A stretch of 63,415 bases of DNA, filler included, from Saprolegnia diclina VS20 (taxonomy: Eukaryota), in the NCBI RefSeq assembly GCF_000281045.1. It is 31 parts of 31 records of this genome, joined end to end, with 100 filler letters (N's around TTAATTAATTAA, not from the genome) between each part and the next. Parts side by side here need not be neighbours in the genome. Positions count along the whole stretch, not along the records: positions 1 to 2,283 come from NW_008246380.1; positions 2,384 to 4,666 come from NW_008246381.1; positions 4,767 to 6,978 come from NW_008246382.1; positions 7,079 to 9,231 come from NW_008246383.1; positions 9,332 to 11,535 come from NW_008246384.1; 26 more parts are not named here. One strand, written 5' to 3'. Shown here piece after piece: positions 1 to 11,535 of this stretch (the stretch's first letter is position 1; each line of letters starts with the position of its first letter). Under the pieces are notes generated by a model. It had not been told where the DNA came from. It did not search any database and saw nothing but the letters and a program-made list of their open reading frames with translations. The translations under genes and the position numbers were made by a program.

Positions 1-2283
1 CTGTTGAGATTCGGGCTCGCGCTCGGGCTCATAGTCGAGTCCATCCACGCAAATGTCGAGTGCAGCCGTCATACCAACGCTGTCCCAGTCATCGTCCGAC
101 GTGCTGTCGACGGCCACGCCATTGCCCCCGACGTTGACCATGCCGCCGTTGGTTGCGACTTGAGCTTCCGAGTCGTCGTCCGAATCAGCGTTAAAGTCGA
201 TCGTACGTGACACATTGAGGTCGTTGTTGCTGTTGAACCCGCTTGACTCCCCTCCGCCATTGCAGCCCATCTATTCAACCAATATATGAGGAAGGTGTCG
301 CTTGCACACCATATACTAGTAGCAGCATACCGGGTCATCCTCAGCCTCCTCGTCGTCCGAATCGGCGCCTTCATCTATCTCGTCGTCGTCGTCGATGTCG
401 AGAATGTCCGCGTCCATGGCGTTGATGGCTTCTTCCGCATCGTACATCTACGTCGAACCAGATTAGTGGCATATTTGAGGTATGGGTCATACAGGCTCAT
501 CGGCCGAAGCGACGGGACCTTCCTCGAATGGCAGCTCAACCGCCGAGCTGTCCGCACGCACACATGGCAAGCCGTGGTGCAGCTGTTGCTGCTCGTTCAG
601 GTAGTGATACCAAGCTGGGAAAGCGCGAAGCGACAATTGATGAGCGGGCAAGAACGTTGCCGTGATGGACTCGACCTGCCACTTCTTCGCCTTGAAGATC
701 ATCTTCGCGACGAGTGCGTTCTTGTTGCTAGCCGCAATGAAGATGTCGAGGATCGGCCCCGTCATCGCCGTGACCAGAGGCTTGAGAGACGTCTTGCGAT
801 CCCGCTTCGTCGGGTTTGTCGTGACCGCGGCCTCGAGTGCTGTGATGTTCGCTTGAAGAGCGTCCGTGCGGTAAGCAGCGGATGCAACTTGCTCGGCGGA
901 CGACGTGGCGCGGGTAGTACGAGCAATAATGCTGTTCTGGTTCTCGATCATGTACTCGTCGAGGAGGCACCGAGGGTGAGCGACAAGAGCTTCGTACAGA
1001 GTTGGGTGGTTCTTCTCGACGTGGTCGATCTGGCAAATCCACTCGAGCACCGAGAGCTTGTAGTGGTGGCGGTTCATGAGAATGAACGCTTGCGCCACCC
1101 AAGGCATCACGCTGCGCAAATCGTCGAGCTTACACTCATCGCGCACGAGTTTGTTGTAGAACGTCGTCGCAAGTGGCAGGAGATGCTCAAAGAAGTGCTT
1201 CAAGAGGTCCATGCCGGCCGTGTTGAAGCGCGACATATAAACGAGAAGCTTTTCGCGCAAAAGACTGTACGCTCCAAGCATGACGTCGGCGCAGTCAACC
1301 ATGTTGTTGTGGTAGAGCTTCTCGGGCAGCGGCTTGCTCGCGATGACTGGCCAAAGTTGACGGATGACCGGGTCGAACGCACCACAAACGGCCTCGAGGA
1401 GCGTGAGCGAGATGTGGAGCAATCCGTTCACCGGTACAATGTTCGAGGCGACCTTGAGCTGGCTTGGAAGCGGCGCCTCGTTCTGGGAGAACCACGTCCC
1501 CATGACTCGGCGGCGCTCGTCATCGGGCAGCTGTTCGATCAAGACCAAGTGCTTCATCGTGTGCTGGGCCCAGTAGTCGCCCGGCATGAAGAGGACGTTC
1601 TGCCTGAGGTAGTTCCTGAACGCTGGGATACCAAGGCACTGCTTGAGGTGCGTCCACGCGTGCTCGACATTCTTGAAGTCGCTGTCCGTCACCTTCAAGA
1701 GGCGCACACCTTTCAAGTACGACGAGTGCGTGCGCCCACTGAGCTCGGTGAACTCGTACAGCGGCTGCGCATGCACCTCGCCAACGACCTCGATGCCGCG
1801 GTGCATGATGAGCCATGGCAAGTACAGCCCGATGTCATTGGTTTCGACTCTGAAGCAGCCAGCGTCTTCAAGCGGCTTGATCGTACAAAAACCACCGGGC
1901 ATGTTCGGAGGCCCAATTGCACGCCTGTCGTTGCGCTTCACGGATTTCGTGTTGGGCACACAGTTGGCGACGGAAACGATCGACTTGCGAGGTACTGCGT
2001 AGCTACCGTTGGTGCGCAATCGGTTGACGCGTGAGCACCGGTTGAAGTCGTCCATGGCAAACGAGGCTATGCCCCGCACGACGAGCTTCTTCTCGCGAAC
2101 GCGCTGGAGCAAAGTGCAAGTGTTCGTGAGCGTCGCCTTGGACGGGGTGATGCCGAACTTGTGCAAGACCTGGATCACCTGCGAACTGACGCTGCGGGCG
2201 TGGCAGTAGAGGCCAATGAGCTTGCCGATGATGTTGGCGTGCTTGTTGCGCAGGTTGATGGCGTGGCAGATGGCAGCGACGAT
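1..2283 (-). CDS. Academ/DUF6589-like DDE transposase, partial (reverse-complement copy of 2384-4666)
   Basis: Exact mirror of contig 2 (coordinates sum to 4667). The one difference seen is at 1203 (Leu versus Met at 3464). Confidence 0.6.
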
Positions 2284-2383
2284 NNNNNNNNNNNNNNNNN
2301 NNNNNNNNNNNNNNNNNNNNNNNNNNNTTAATTAATTAANNNNNNNNNNNNNNNNNNNNNNNNNNNNNNNNNNNNNNNNNNNN
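2284..2383. other. Artificial contig spacer (44 N + TTAATTAATTAA + 44 N), first of 30
   Basis: Identical 100-nt spacers start at 2284, 4667, 6979, 9232, 11536, 13720, 15906, 18092, 20227, 22368, 24449, 26584, 28709, 30829, 32909, 34966, 37014, 39045, 41070, 43034, 44967, 46799, 48678, 50572, 52444, 54321, 56189, 58022, 59839 and 61653. TTAATTAATTAA gives stops in all six frames. Contig length falls roughly monotonically. Confidence 0.98.
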
Positions 2384-4666
2384 ATCGTCGCTGCCATCTG
2401 CCACGCCATCAACCTGCGCAACAAGCACGCCAACATCATCGGCAAGCTCATTGGCCTCTACTGCCACGCCCGCAGCGTCAGTTCGCAGGTGATCCAGGTC
2501 TTGCACAAGTTCGGCATCACCCCGTCCAAGGCGACGCTCACGAACACTTGCACTTTGCTCCAGCGCGTTCGCGAGAAGAAGCTCGTCGTGCGGGGCATAG
2601 CCTCGTTTGCCATGGACGACTTCAACCGGTGCTCACGCGTCAACCGATTGCGCACCAACGGTAGCTACGCAGTACCTCGCAAGTCGATCGTTTCCGTCGC
2701 CAACTGTGTGCCCAACACGAAATCCGTGAAGCGCAACGACAGGCGTGCAATTGGGCCTCCGAACATGCCCGGTGGTTTTTGTACGATCAAGCCGCTTGAA
2801 GACGCTGGCTGCTTCAGAGTCGAAACCAATGACATCGGGCTGTACTTGCCATGGCTCATCATGCACCGCGGCATCGAGGTCGTTGGCGAGGTGCATGCGC
2901 AGCCGCTGTACGAGTTCACCGAGCTCAGTGGGCGCACGCACTCGTCGTACTTGAAAGGTGTGCGCCTCTTGAAGGTGACGGACAGCGACTTCAAGAATGT
3001 CGAGCACGCGTGGACGCACCTCAAGCAGTGCCTTGGTATCCCAGCGTTCAGGAACTACCTCAGGCAGAACGTCCTCTTCATGCCGGGCGACTACTGGGCC
3101 CAGCACACGATGAAGCACTTGGTCTTGATCGAACAGCTGCCCGATGACGAGCGCCGCCGAGTCATGGGGACGTGGTTCTCCCAGAACGAGGCGCCGCTTC
3201 CAAGCCAGCTCAAGGTCGCCTCGAACATTGTACCGGTGAACGGATTGCTCCACATCTCGCTCACGCTCCTCGAGGCCGTTTGTGGTGCGTTCGACCCGGT
3301 CATCCGTCAACTTTGGCCAGTCATCGCGAGCAAGCCGCTGCCCGAGAAGCTCTACCACAACAACATGGTTGACTGCGCCGACGTCATGCTTGGAGCGTAC
3401 AGTCTTTTGCGCGAAAAGCTTCTCGTTTATATGTCGCGCTTCAACACGGCCGGCATGGACCTCATGAAGCACTTCTTTGAGCATCTCCTGCCACTTGCGA
3501 CGACGTTCTACAACAAACTCGTGCGCGATGAGTGTAAGCTCGACGATTTGCGCAGCGTGATGCCTTGGGTGGCGCAAGCGTTCATTCTCATGAACCGCCA
3601 CCACTACAAGCTCTCGGTGCTCGAGTGGATTTGCCAGATCGACCACGTCGAGAAGAACCACCCAACTCTGTACGAAGCTCTTGTCGCTCACCCTCGGTGC
3701 CTCCTCGACGAGTACATGATCGAGAACCAGAACAGCATTATTGCTCGTACTACCCGCGCCACGTCGTCCGCCGAGCAAGTTGCATCCGCTGCTTACCGCA
3801 CGGACGCTCTTCAAGCGAACATCACAGCACTCGAGGCCGCGGTCACGACAAACCCGACGAAGCGGGATCGCAAGACGTCTCTCAAGCCTCTGGTCACGGC
3901 GATGACGGGGCCGATCCTCGACATCTTCATTGCGGCTAGCAACAAGAACGCACTCGTCGCGAAGATGATCTTCAAGGCGAAGAAGTGGCAGGTCGAGTCC
4001 ATCACGGCAACGTTCTTGCCCGCTCATCAATTGTCGCTTCGCGCTTTCCCAGCTTGGTATCACTACCTGAACGAGCAGCAACAGCTGCACCACGGCTTGC
4101 CATGTGTGCGTGCGGACAGCTCGGCGGTTGAGCTGCCATTCGAGGAAGGTCCCGTCGCTTCGGCCGATGAGCCTGTATGACCCATACCTCAAATATGCCA
4201 CTAATCTGGTTCGACGTAGATGTACGATGCGGAAGAAGCCATCAACGCCATGGACGCGGACATTCTCGACATCGACGACGACGACGAGATAGATGAAGGC
4301 GCCGATTCGGACGACGAGGAGGCTGAGGATGACCCGGTATGCTGCTACTAGTATATGGTGTGCAAGCGACACCTTCCTCATATATTGGTTGAATAGATGG
4401 GCTGCAATGGCGGAGGGGAGTCAAGCGGGTTCAACAGCAACAACGACCTCAATGTGTCACGTACGATCGACTTTAACGCTGATTCGGACGACGACTCGGA
4501 AGCTCAAGTCGCAACCAACGGCGGCATGGTCAACGTCGGGGGCAATGGCGTGGCCGTCGACAGCACGTCGGACGATGACTGGGACAGCGTTGGTATGACG
4601 GCTGCACTCGACATTTGCGTGGATGGACTCGACTATGAGCCCGAGCGCGAGCCCGAATCTCAACAG
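2384..4666 (+). CDS. Academ/DUF6589-like DDE transposase, partial at both ends; exons <2384-4174, 4220-4336, 4397->4666
   Basis: Frame is open from the contig edge (IVAAICHAINLRNKHANIIGKLIGLYCHARSVSSQVIQVLHKFGI). Ordered motifs FAMDDFN, PGDYWA, NGLLH, FILMNRHHY and DEYMIENQN resemble Academ/DUF6589 motifs. Phase-0 GT-AG introns at 4175-4219 and 4337-4396 join an acidic tail in frame. Confidence 0.6.
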
Positions 4667-4955
4667 NNNNNNNNNNNNNNNNNNNNNNNNNNNNNNNNNN
4701 NNNNNNNNNNTTAATTAATTAANNNNNNNNNNNNNNNNNNNNNNNNNNNNNNNNNNNNNNNNNNNNGGAAGGTGGGCCGTCGCGCGCCATGGTCGACGCT
4801 CATGCGCTGCCGCTCGGTCCTCGCCTAGTTTTCTCTCGGCCATGCTAGCAGACGCGACTATCGCGTGCGTAGGCATGGGCGTCGCGAGCGGTCGATGGCA
4901 CATAGCAACTCGCAATCCAACTCGAAACCACTGTGTAATATCAGAGGACAACAGC

Positions 4956-6677
4956 CTAGAAATGGGTTGGCTTTTTAGCTGCTGGGGCACGCATGGGCGG
5001 TCCGGCGGGGCGCTTGCGAGCTGGGAACGGGGCAAACGGGTTGGTGCCCTGCGATATACAAGTAGGAAAACCGAGGTAGAGATGAAGGTATCCATACCGT
5101 TGCCGGCTGTGGGGCAGGAGTCGCCTTGCTTCGCGCCTTGGCCGCTGGCATCTCGTTCAGAAGACCGAGGAGCGACTCGTTGATGCTGCCCTCGGCGCGC
5201 GCGGGCGTCGTGTCCTATACAGAAACGCGATGATGAATAGCCTGTCGAGGGTGGCAGATGGGCGTACGGCTTGCGGCGGCGCATGTTGGCCAAAGGGTGA
5301 CGGTGCTGGTGCCGTAGACGGCGCCGCGTCATCATAGAAGCCATCCTCCATGTCCACGGCCGACATGTCCACGTCCGACGCGCCTTGAGCAGCGCGCCAC
5401 TGCGCTGGCGCGCCTTGGGCGGCCAACTGGGCCTGCAGCCACGCGTTTTGCTGCTCCAAGTGGTGCACATAGGCCGCCATGTTGGCGGCCTGGCCTGCCG
5501 CGGCGCCAAAGGCCGTCACAAGCGTGTTATGGAACGTGCTGGCCAGCGCAGCCATCTGCTGCTCGGCGCCGAAGCGCATTGACGCCAGCTGGGCGTTGAA
5601 AGCTTGCGCCTGCGCCTCCATCGCCGCGCTGTTGAGCGTCGGCACGACCGAGACGGCTTGCGTCAACGCGCGCAGGTCGTTGGCGACCCGCTGCAAGTCC
5701 GAAGCCGTTGCTTCAAACGCTGTCTGCATGGCCGCGTGCGACTTGTTGGCCAAGTCGAGATCGTCGACCGCGGCCACGAGGCGGTCGACCGGTGCGGCCA
5801 CAAGTGTTTCGGCCACCGGTGCGGCGGCTGCCACAAGTGTTTCGGCCACCGGCGCGAGATCGCCCGTCTTGCTCAAGTCGATGGCGTTATCGTCCGTCGT
5901 GGCATTCGGCTTCGTCGCAGTATAATACAGCAAGTCGGGCTCGTTCTCGCGGAAAGGCGTGTGCGCAATCAGGTTGCGGTACTCCCCTCCGACCAGCGGC
6001 GACGCCTCGACCGTGGGCAGCACGACTTGGTTGCCGTTCATGGCGGCTTGGATCAGCTGCGGCAGCTGCGGCAGCATGCCCGTCGCCTCGACGATCTCGA
6101 GGACGGCCTGGAAGAGCGGCGCGTCCGCCAGGACGTGGTACGTCGCCGCCACCGCGCTCGTCGCCGCCACCGCGCTCGTCGCCGCCACCGCGCCTGTCTC
6201 GATCGCCGCGCCTGTCGCCGCTGCCGCGCTCGTGTTGACGAGCTCCACGGCGACGTTGGATACGAGAACCGCCAAGCGGATCTTGTCATAGTCCGCGGCG
6301 CCGAGGAAGCTGCCCTTGGCGGACGTCGCAGCCTTGGACATCTTCAAGAGCGCTGCGACGCGGTCGTGGAACGTGTCCGACGCGAGGACGAGGTTGGCGA
6401 AGTTCTTCTTCGCAATGACGTCGGTCGTCGTGGCCTCGTGCATCCAGGCCTTGTGCAGCGCCAGCCACTGCAGCCGGCTCTTCTCGGCCATCGCGCTCGC
6501 CATAACGGCGTTGGCGAGCGTCGCGTCGCGGACGAGCGCACGGAGCAAGACGTACAGCGCGTGCGCAGTCGACGCCGGGGCTTCCGTGAGACCGGCGTTC
6601 GCGTCAACCATCGCCTTCATGAAGCGGTCGACGGCAAAGTTCGTCCCGCGGAAGAACGGCTTGACGCTCGTAAACAT
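4956..6677 (-). CDS. Hypothetical Ala-rich, probably coiled-coil protein; exons 6677-5268, 5214-5098, 5048-4956
   Basis: Long GC3-rich ORF starting MFTSVKPFF. GT-AG introns at 5215-5267 and 5049-5097 preserve frame to a TAG. Internal repeats AVAATS x3 and APVAETLVAA x2. Confidence 0.7.
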
Positions 6678-7078
6678 GTCGACGACCGAGATATTGGCGG
6701 ATTGACAACTTATACAGTGCCTATGACATTCAATGTATGGTATTATTGTACGGTCGTACATTATCCGCGACCCTAGTTGTGTTGCGGGGAAGGGTTGCTG
6801 ACAACCCTCGTGGCAGGTCTACGGGTTGGCCGCATCGACAGTCCTAGTTGGCGCTCGTACGCGACATTACAGGTAACTCCCACTGCATTCAAGACTGCTG
6901 TTTCCCATATCAAAATCCATTCCAGCGGTTGATGGCCATATTATCCTGTCTCGGGTGTATCCTGTCTCCAATGCAGTGNNNNNNNNNNNNNNNNNNNNNN
7001 NNNNNNNNNNNNNNNNNNNNNNTTAATTAATTAANNNNNNNNNNNNNNNNNNNNNNNNNNNNNNNNNNNNNNNNNNNN

Positions 7079-7435
7079 GCCAACGGCAGCCCGATCCTCG
7101 ACCTCATGATGGGCTGCAACGAGCGCGAGCCGGAGGCGGGCCAGCGCCTCCTCTGCCGCCACGCGTTTGACGAGATGGTTCGTGTGTACGTGACGCCGTC
7201 GGCCGTGATCCCGCTCCACTCGCTCGTGTGGGACGGCCAGAAGGGCGGTATCCAGGGCAAGCTGCCGACGATTGAAGAGATCCGCTCGTACGTGGCCAAC
7301 CAGATCGAGGTCATGCGCGCCGACGTCATGCGCCCGCTCAACGCGACGCCGTACAAGGTGTCGGTGTCGACGGACCTCTACGAATTCACGCACTTACTCT
7401 GGGCGCGCGAGTTTCCCGTCCGCGAACTCAACTAG
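7079..7435 (+). CDS. NAPRT: Nicotinate phosphoribosyltransferase, C-terminal fragment
   Basis: PILDLM...GQRLLCRHAFDE..RVYVTP...LPTIEEIR...RPLNATPYKVSVSTDLY matches the eukaryotic NAPRTase C-terminus. Confidence 0.88.
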   Translation, partial: ANGSPILDLMMGCNEREPEAGQRLLCRHAFDEMVRVYVTPSAVIPLHSLVWDGQKGGIQGKLPTIEEIRSYVANQIEVMRADVMRPLNATPYKVSVSTDLYEFTHLLWAREFPVRELN

Positions 7436-7467
7436 GGTCATTTTTGCTTGCATTTTCAAACTTACAA

Positions 7468-7923
7468 TCATTGCGTCTTCTTCTCGGCATGCTTCGTCTT
7501 CTTTGAGAGCAGCTCTTGCTTGTACTCGTGGCGCTTGACCGACACGACGAGGTGGGCCATACCATGGAGGTTGCTCAGCAGCTGCACAAACCCAATCGCG
7601 AGCAGCGGGCCCGAGACAAAGATGGCCATGAAGACGCCGTTCTTGTCGAAGTAGTTTTGCGTCGCAAAGAGCCGCCAGTGGCCGTGCGCCCACGTGTTGA
7701 GGTGCTCGGCGACCGCGACGAGGCCGCAGATGGTGCCAAAGAGCACGACTTGGGCGCTGTAGACGTGGCGGAGCCCCAAGACCGCGATGAGGAGGAGGAC
7801 GTGGAAGCTGATGAGGCCGACGATAAGCGGCTCTTGCCAGTCGACAGCCTCGTACCACTGCACCATCATCGGGCCATACTTCTGCGCAAGCTCCTGCCGG
7901 ACCCGCGTCACAATCTCGTCCAT
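7468..7923 (-). CDS. TMEM18: Transmembrane protein 18 family
   Basis: AVDWQEP..GLISFH...AEHLN..A..HWRLFATQNYFDKNGVFM...SGPLL with a basic tail. The likely start is MDEIV at 7923. Confidence 0.88.
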   Translation of the reverse strand: MDEIVTRVRQELAQKYGPMMVQWYEAVDWQEPLIVGLISFHVLLLIAVLGLRHVYSAQVVLFGTICGLVAVAEHLNTWAHGHWRLFATQNYFDKNGVFMAIFVSGPLLAIGFVQLLSNLHGMAHLVVSVKRHEYKQELLSKKTKHAEKKTQ

Positions 7924-8523
7924 GCTCAACCGGAAATGGCAGGCAACTGCGAGATCGAATATTGTATCACGTGTCAGAGGTACCAAGGGCATGACGTGGC
8001 AGTTTGAGGTGGCAGGAAGTGCAGCGAACCTCGTTGACGGCGACACCCGTCCATCATTTTGAGCGTGAACCCGTCCAACCTCGAATGGGAAAAGGTGTCT
8101 GGGGAAGACGTAGTCAAGCAAACGTATCGTACCGTCGATACGCAATGCTTTCGCGACCGAGAACGCACTCCTCAACACCATTGGCTTCAGAGGAAGAAGA
8201 TGCTCCAGCATTTGTGTGTGTCGTCTTTATACCGACCGAGACGCTCGTCGCTAGCGAGGTCAAGAACTAGCGCTGTTTCGCAAAGAAACCGAGACGCTGG
8301 AAGTCCTAGTGCGTGTGTGAGAGAAGCTCGCGAACGCATGAAGTTGGCGACCGCCAATACCGGCGTCGAGTACACTCATCTTTAGTAGTGGAAATACGAG
8401 CATATAACTTACTAGTATTAGTTTGTTAAATAAAAACGACGACACGACATGAATTGAAGAAGAAGGAGACAAATGGCGACGCTGGCGATAAGAAGATCAC
8501 CTGTCGCTGTCGCACATGCACTA

Positions 8524-9231
8524 CTAGTATCTGTTCTCGCTGTTGCGCTTCTTGACCGTCCAGACGACGCGTCCGTTGTTCGCGGCGAGCACCGTCCGGG
8601 TCAGACCGCAAAGCGACTTCTTCGGGTCGTGTTTGATAATGAGCTCGTGGAGGTCACCGATCGCCGTGCCGGGCGGCGTATAGTAAACGCGGAGCGCGTC
8701 ATCCATCCACGCGACAGCATCCGCAATGGCTTGAAAGGGTTGGCCGATCCAATTCAGCGCGTCTTGGAAGCCCGGAGCGATTTCGGTCACCATCCGCTTG
8801 GTGAGGCCGGCGGTGTTGAAGTGGATCGGGTAGATTACGTTGTCGTAGAGGATTTCGTGTGTCACCTCGTCCACCAGGTACAAAAAGAGCGGGCCCTCGT
8901 ACTTCTTCGACGGAATCGACGGCGGCTTCCCCTCCTTGTACTTCTTCGTCAACACTAGCATCCCACGTGGGAGCACGTTGTCATGGGCCTATACGCAAAG
9001 ACATTTGAGAACAAGACATCAATCCAGACGACGCACCTCAAGGATGGTGGCCGCCGTTTCTTGCGTCGCGCGCTCTATTGCCGACGCGACGCTTTCGATG
9101 CACCCGAGGGTGTTGGTCGTGGTGATCGAAATATCGTCGAGGCGCACTGCAAAGGCGGCCTTGAGATCGGCGAGATCGTTTGCGAGGTTGTCGACCCGCA
9201 TGACGAGCGTCGAAAGAAGCGCTTCGATGCG
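8524..9231 (-). CDS. C-terminal fragment of a multidomain protein (coiled coil plus ...KHDP..LCGLTR...VVWT tail); intron 8989-9036
   Basis: ORFs 9019-9201 and 8524-8976 join in frame through a 48-nt GT-AG intron (ILE|AHDNVLPRG). The tail resembles C-termini of oomycete ankyrin/ROCO-type proteins (tentative). Confidence 0.6.
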
Positions 9232-9331
9232 NNNNNNNNNNNNNNNNNNNNNNNNNNNNNNNNNNNNNNNNNNNNTTAATTAATTAANNNNNNNNNNNNN
9301 NNNNNNNNNNNNNNNNNNNNNNNNNNNNNNN

Positions 9332-10102
9332 TGCCAAGCGGACGCCGACGTAAAACAAGACAAAGAGGGCTATCGCGCCAGCGACGGCCGAGAGTGCCGT
9401 GAGTTCAAACCCGAGGAGCAAAAAGTTGAGGAAGAGCATAAGGGGTGCGACGGGGACCCACGCGCCGTTGAGGAATGCGAGAAAAATGCGGTCCGAGTCG
9501 ACCGAGGCGAGAGTGATGAGGTCGCCGGCCGACGTGGCTTTGGCGTTCGCGAGCTTGAGGCTCTTGAGATACACTGCGTCCATGACGATCGTCTTGGCGT
9601 TGCAGCCGAGCATCGACATGAAACCTTGTGCAAAGTCGACGAGGCTCATGCTCGCGAGGCTGAGGAGCGTGAGCAGTGCTGCGAGGGCGTAGCCTGACTC
9701 GATGCCGACGTCGGTTCGCGCAGAGCCATCGTCGTTGGCGAGAAACTGTAGCATCGACTTGACCACCCGAGGTTGGAGCAGTGTCAAGAGCGCGTACACC
9801 ATGTAGGCGCTGACGCAGAGCAGCGTCTGCGTGCGGAAGGTGGCGAAAATCGCAGCGCCAAAGCGACCAGGCGTTGCCTTCCACGCCTGCTGAAAGCGCG
9901 CCATGAGTGCTGGGGCCGAGTCGGCGGCACCGAGTGGCCACACGTCGTTGTGTTCGAGCGGCTTCTTGGCCGCAGACCGCACGAGGCCGTCCATATAGCT
10001 AAACGAGACGAAGGACCACCAGCTTGCTCGCTCAATCGGGTGCACCGCGCTGTCCTTCTTTAGTGTCTCCACTTGCGGCGACTCGAGACCGTGGTAGAGC
10101 AT
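9332..10102 (-). CDS. ABCC (MRP-type) transporter, N-terminal fragment
   Basis: HPIERASWWSFVSFSYM...KPLEHNDVWPL lasso motif followed by TMD1 (VYLKSLKL, GDLITLASVDSDR). Confidence 0.9.
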
Positions 10103-10114
10103 GCTGCGCGACTT

Positions 10115-10131
10115 GGCAAATTGAAAAGTGA
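10115..10131 (-). promoter_or_regulatory. Oomycete Inr+FPR core promoter
   Basis: TCACTTTTCAATTTGCC just upstream of the ABCC ATG. Matches the established oomycete TCAYTY...WTTYG-type consensus. Confidence 0.7.
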
Positions 10132-11238
10132 TTGTGTGTCACACGCACGATGGACCGCATGTTGCTTAAAGCGCGTTGTCACCAGAGCACGTCGTCGCAA
10201 GGGCATACCATCCTCCTGTCCCTTGGTCGTCGAGTCGACCTCTCGTGAGTCACGTTCGACGAGTGCAAGCGCAGTACATTGGTGCCAATGTGATGGAGGT
10301 ACTAGCTGCACCGGCCCTTGGGCATCGACTCGCGATCGACGTCTGAGACCCCGACGTCATGGGTATGGCATGTCTATCACCGCTCATGTACAGTGCTGCT
10401 CTGTTGTCTGCGGAAACGAGCTGTTTCCAGCGAGACCGCACGATGAACAGCCGGTTTCTTGTCGGTCGATGATTCTCAGGCGTCGAGCCTTTTGGAGCGA
10501 AGCAACAACGACCGACGGTTCCTCGCTCCTTCCGCAACACTCAGAACCTGGTGGTCTTATTGTCTTTGCAACGTCGTCGAGTATTACGTGTATTACTGTC
10601 TAGATGGGAATCCCACGAACGTACACCCAAGTCCCACGATCCAGCGCATTTGAAACCGATGGACGGTCCACCAGCTAAAACAGATGTTTTGAATCTTGTC
10701 ACCAGAGCGATCAATAGTAGACCAGAACGGCAAAGAGGTCGATAGCTGCACTTGCATTGGCTTTGTGAAGGTGACGCCTTTGGCAGGTGGTAGACGCTAG
10801 CACACCAGCATGACCTGACTCCAGCTGAAGGAATTAAGGAGTGAACCATATGTGTCTTGGCTGTCCAGCTTCTCGACGATCGAACGTTGTCGCCTGGGTG
10901 GTGTCGCTTGAGAGCGGTGTCGACGCAGCCACCATCGACGCGCCGATGCTCGTTCGGTTCAAGTGCGACACCCTCACGTTCGGGTCCGCTCATATTTCAC
11001 AAATGAGTCCTGCACGGCTGCCCACGCGGTGTCCAAAATTCGGAGGTACCCAATCTCACAAGAGCTGAATAACGAGTACATTGTACTAGAGGTATTGTGG
11101 ATTCTGGGAAATCTTCTAAGAATCTGTTATTCATACTGAGAGTTTTTCAAAAACCATCGAAAAAGCCAACGGAAACCCCTTTTTTACAACTGAACAACCA
11201 AATGCAATGCCCGATAATCAAATTCAGATCCTATCGAT

Positions 11239-11535
11239 TTAGGCCGACAATTGTGCCTGTTTGGCCAGCTGCGCAAACGCACCCGCTTCGTTAGCGAGGA
11301 GTTCGCTTGGGGGGCCGTACTCGGCCACATGACCGTCGGCCATCACCAGAATCTGGTCGCTGTCCAGAATCGTGTCCAGACGGTGCGCAATCACAAGCAA
11401 GGTCACGTCCTGACCAAAGCACTCCTTGATGGTCTCTTGGATGAGCCGGTCCGACGCCAAGTCGATGCTGGCGGTAGCTTCGTCCAGCAAGACGACGCGG
11501 CTCTTGCGCAACAAGGCGCGCGCGATGCAGAGCAG
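11239..11535 (-). CDS. ABCC transporter, C-terminal NBD2 fragment (tandem upstream paralogue)
   Basis: [25 protein letters not shown] (Walker B), [21 protein letters not shown]. Confidence 0.92.
   Translation of the reverse strand: MLCIARALLRKSRVVLLDEATASIDLASDRLIQETIKECFGQDVTLLVIAHRLDTILDSDQILVMADGHVAEYGPPSELLANEAGAFAQLAKQAQLSA

Noticed and set aside
286..2034. 582-aa antisense ORF (also 2633-4381, 35398-37065, 46851-48302, 61705-62430)
   Set aside because: Shadow ORFs opposite GC3-rich real genes, with no recognisable motifs.
2328..2339. Regularly recurring TTAATTAATTAA as a CRISPR-like or biological repeat
   Set aside because: It is always centred in 44+44 N and is a synthetic six-frame stop linker.
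1..4666. Apparent 2.3-kb perfect palindrome centred on TTAATTAATTAA
   Set aside because: Two equal-length contigs placed in opposite orientation around an artificial spacer. These are probably alleles (SNP at 1203/3464), not a real hairpin.
7924..8211. N-terminal extension of TMEM18 in the ORF track
   Set aside because: Non-conserved sequence with no codon bias. The ATG at 7923 gives a normal-length TMEM18.
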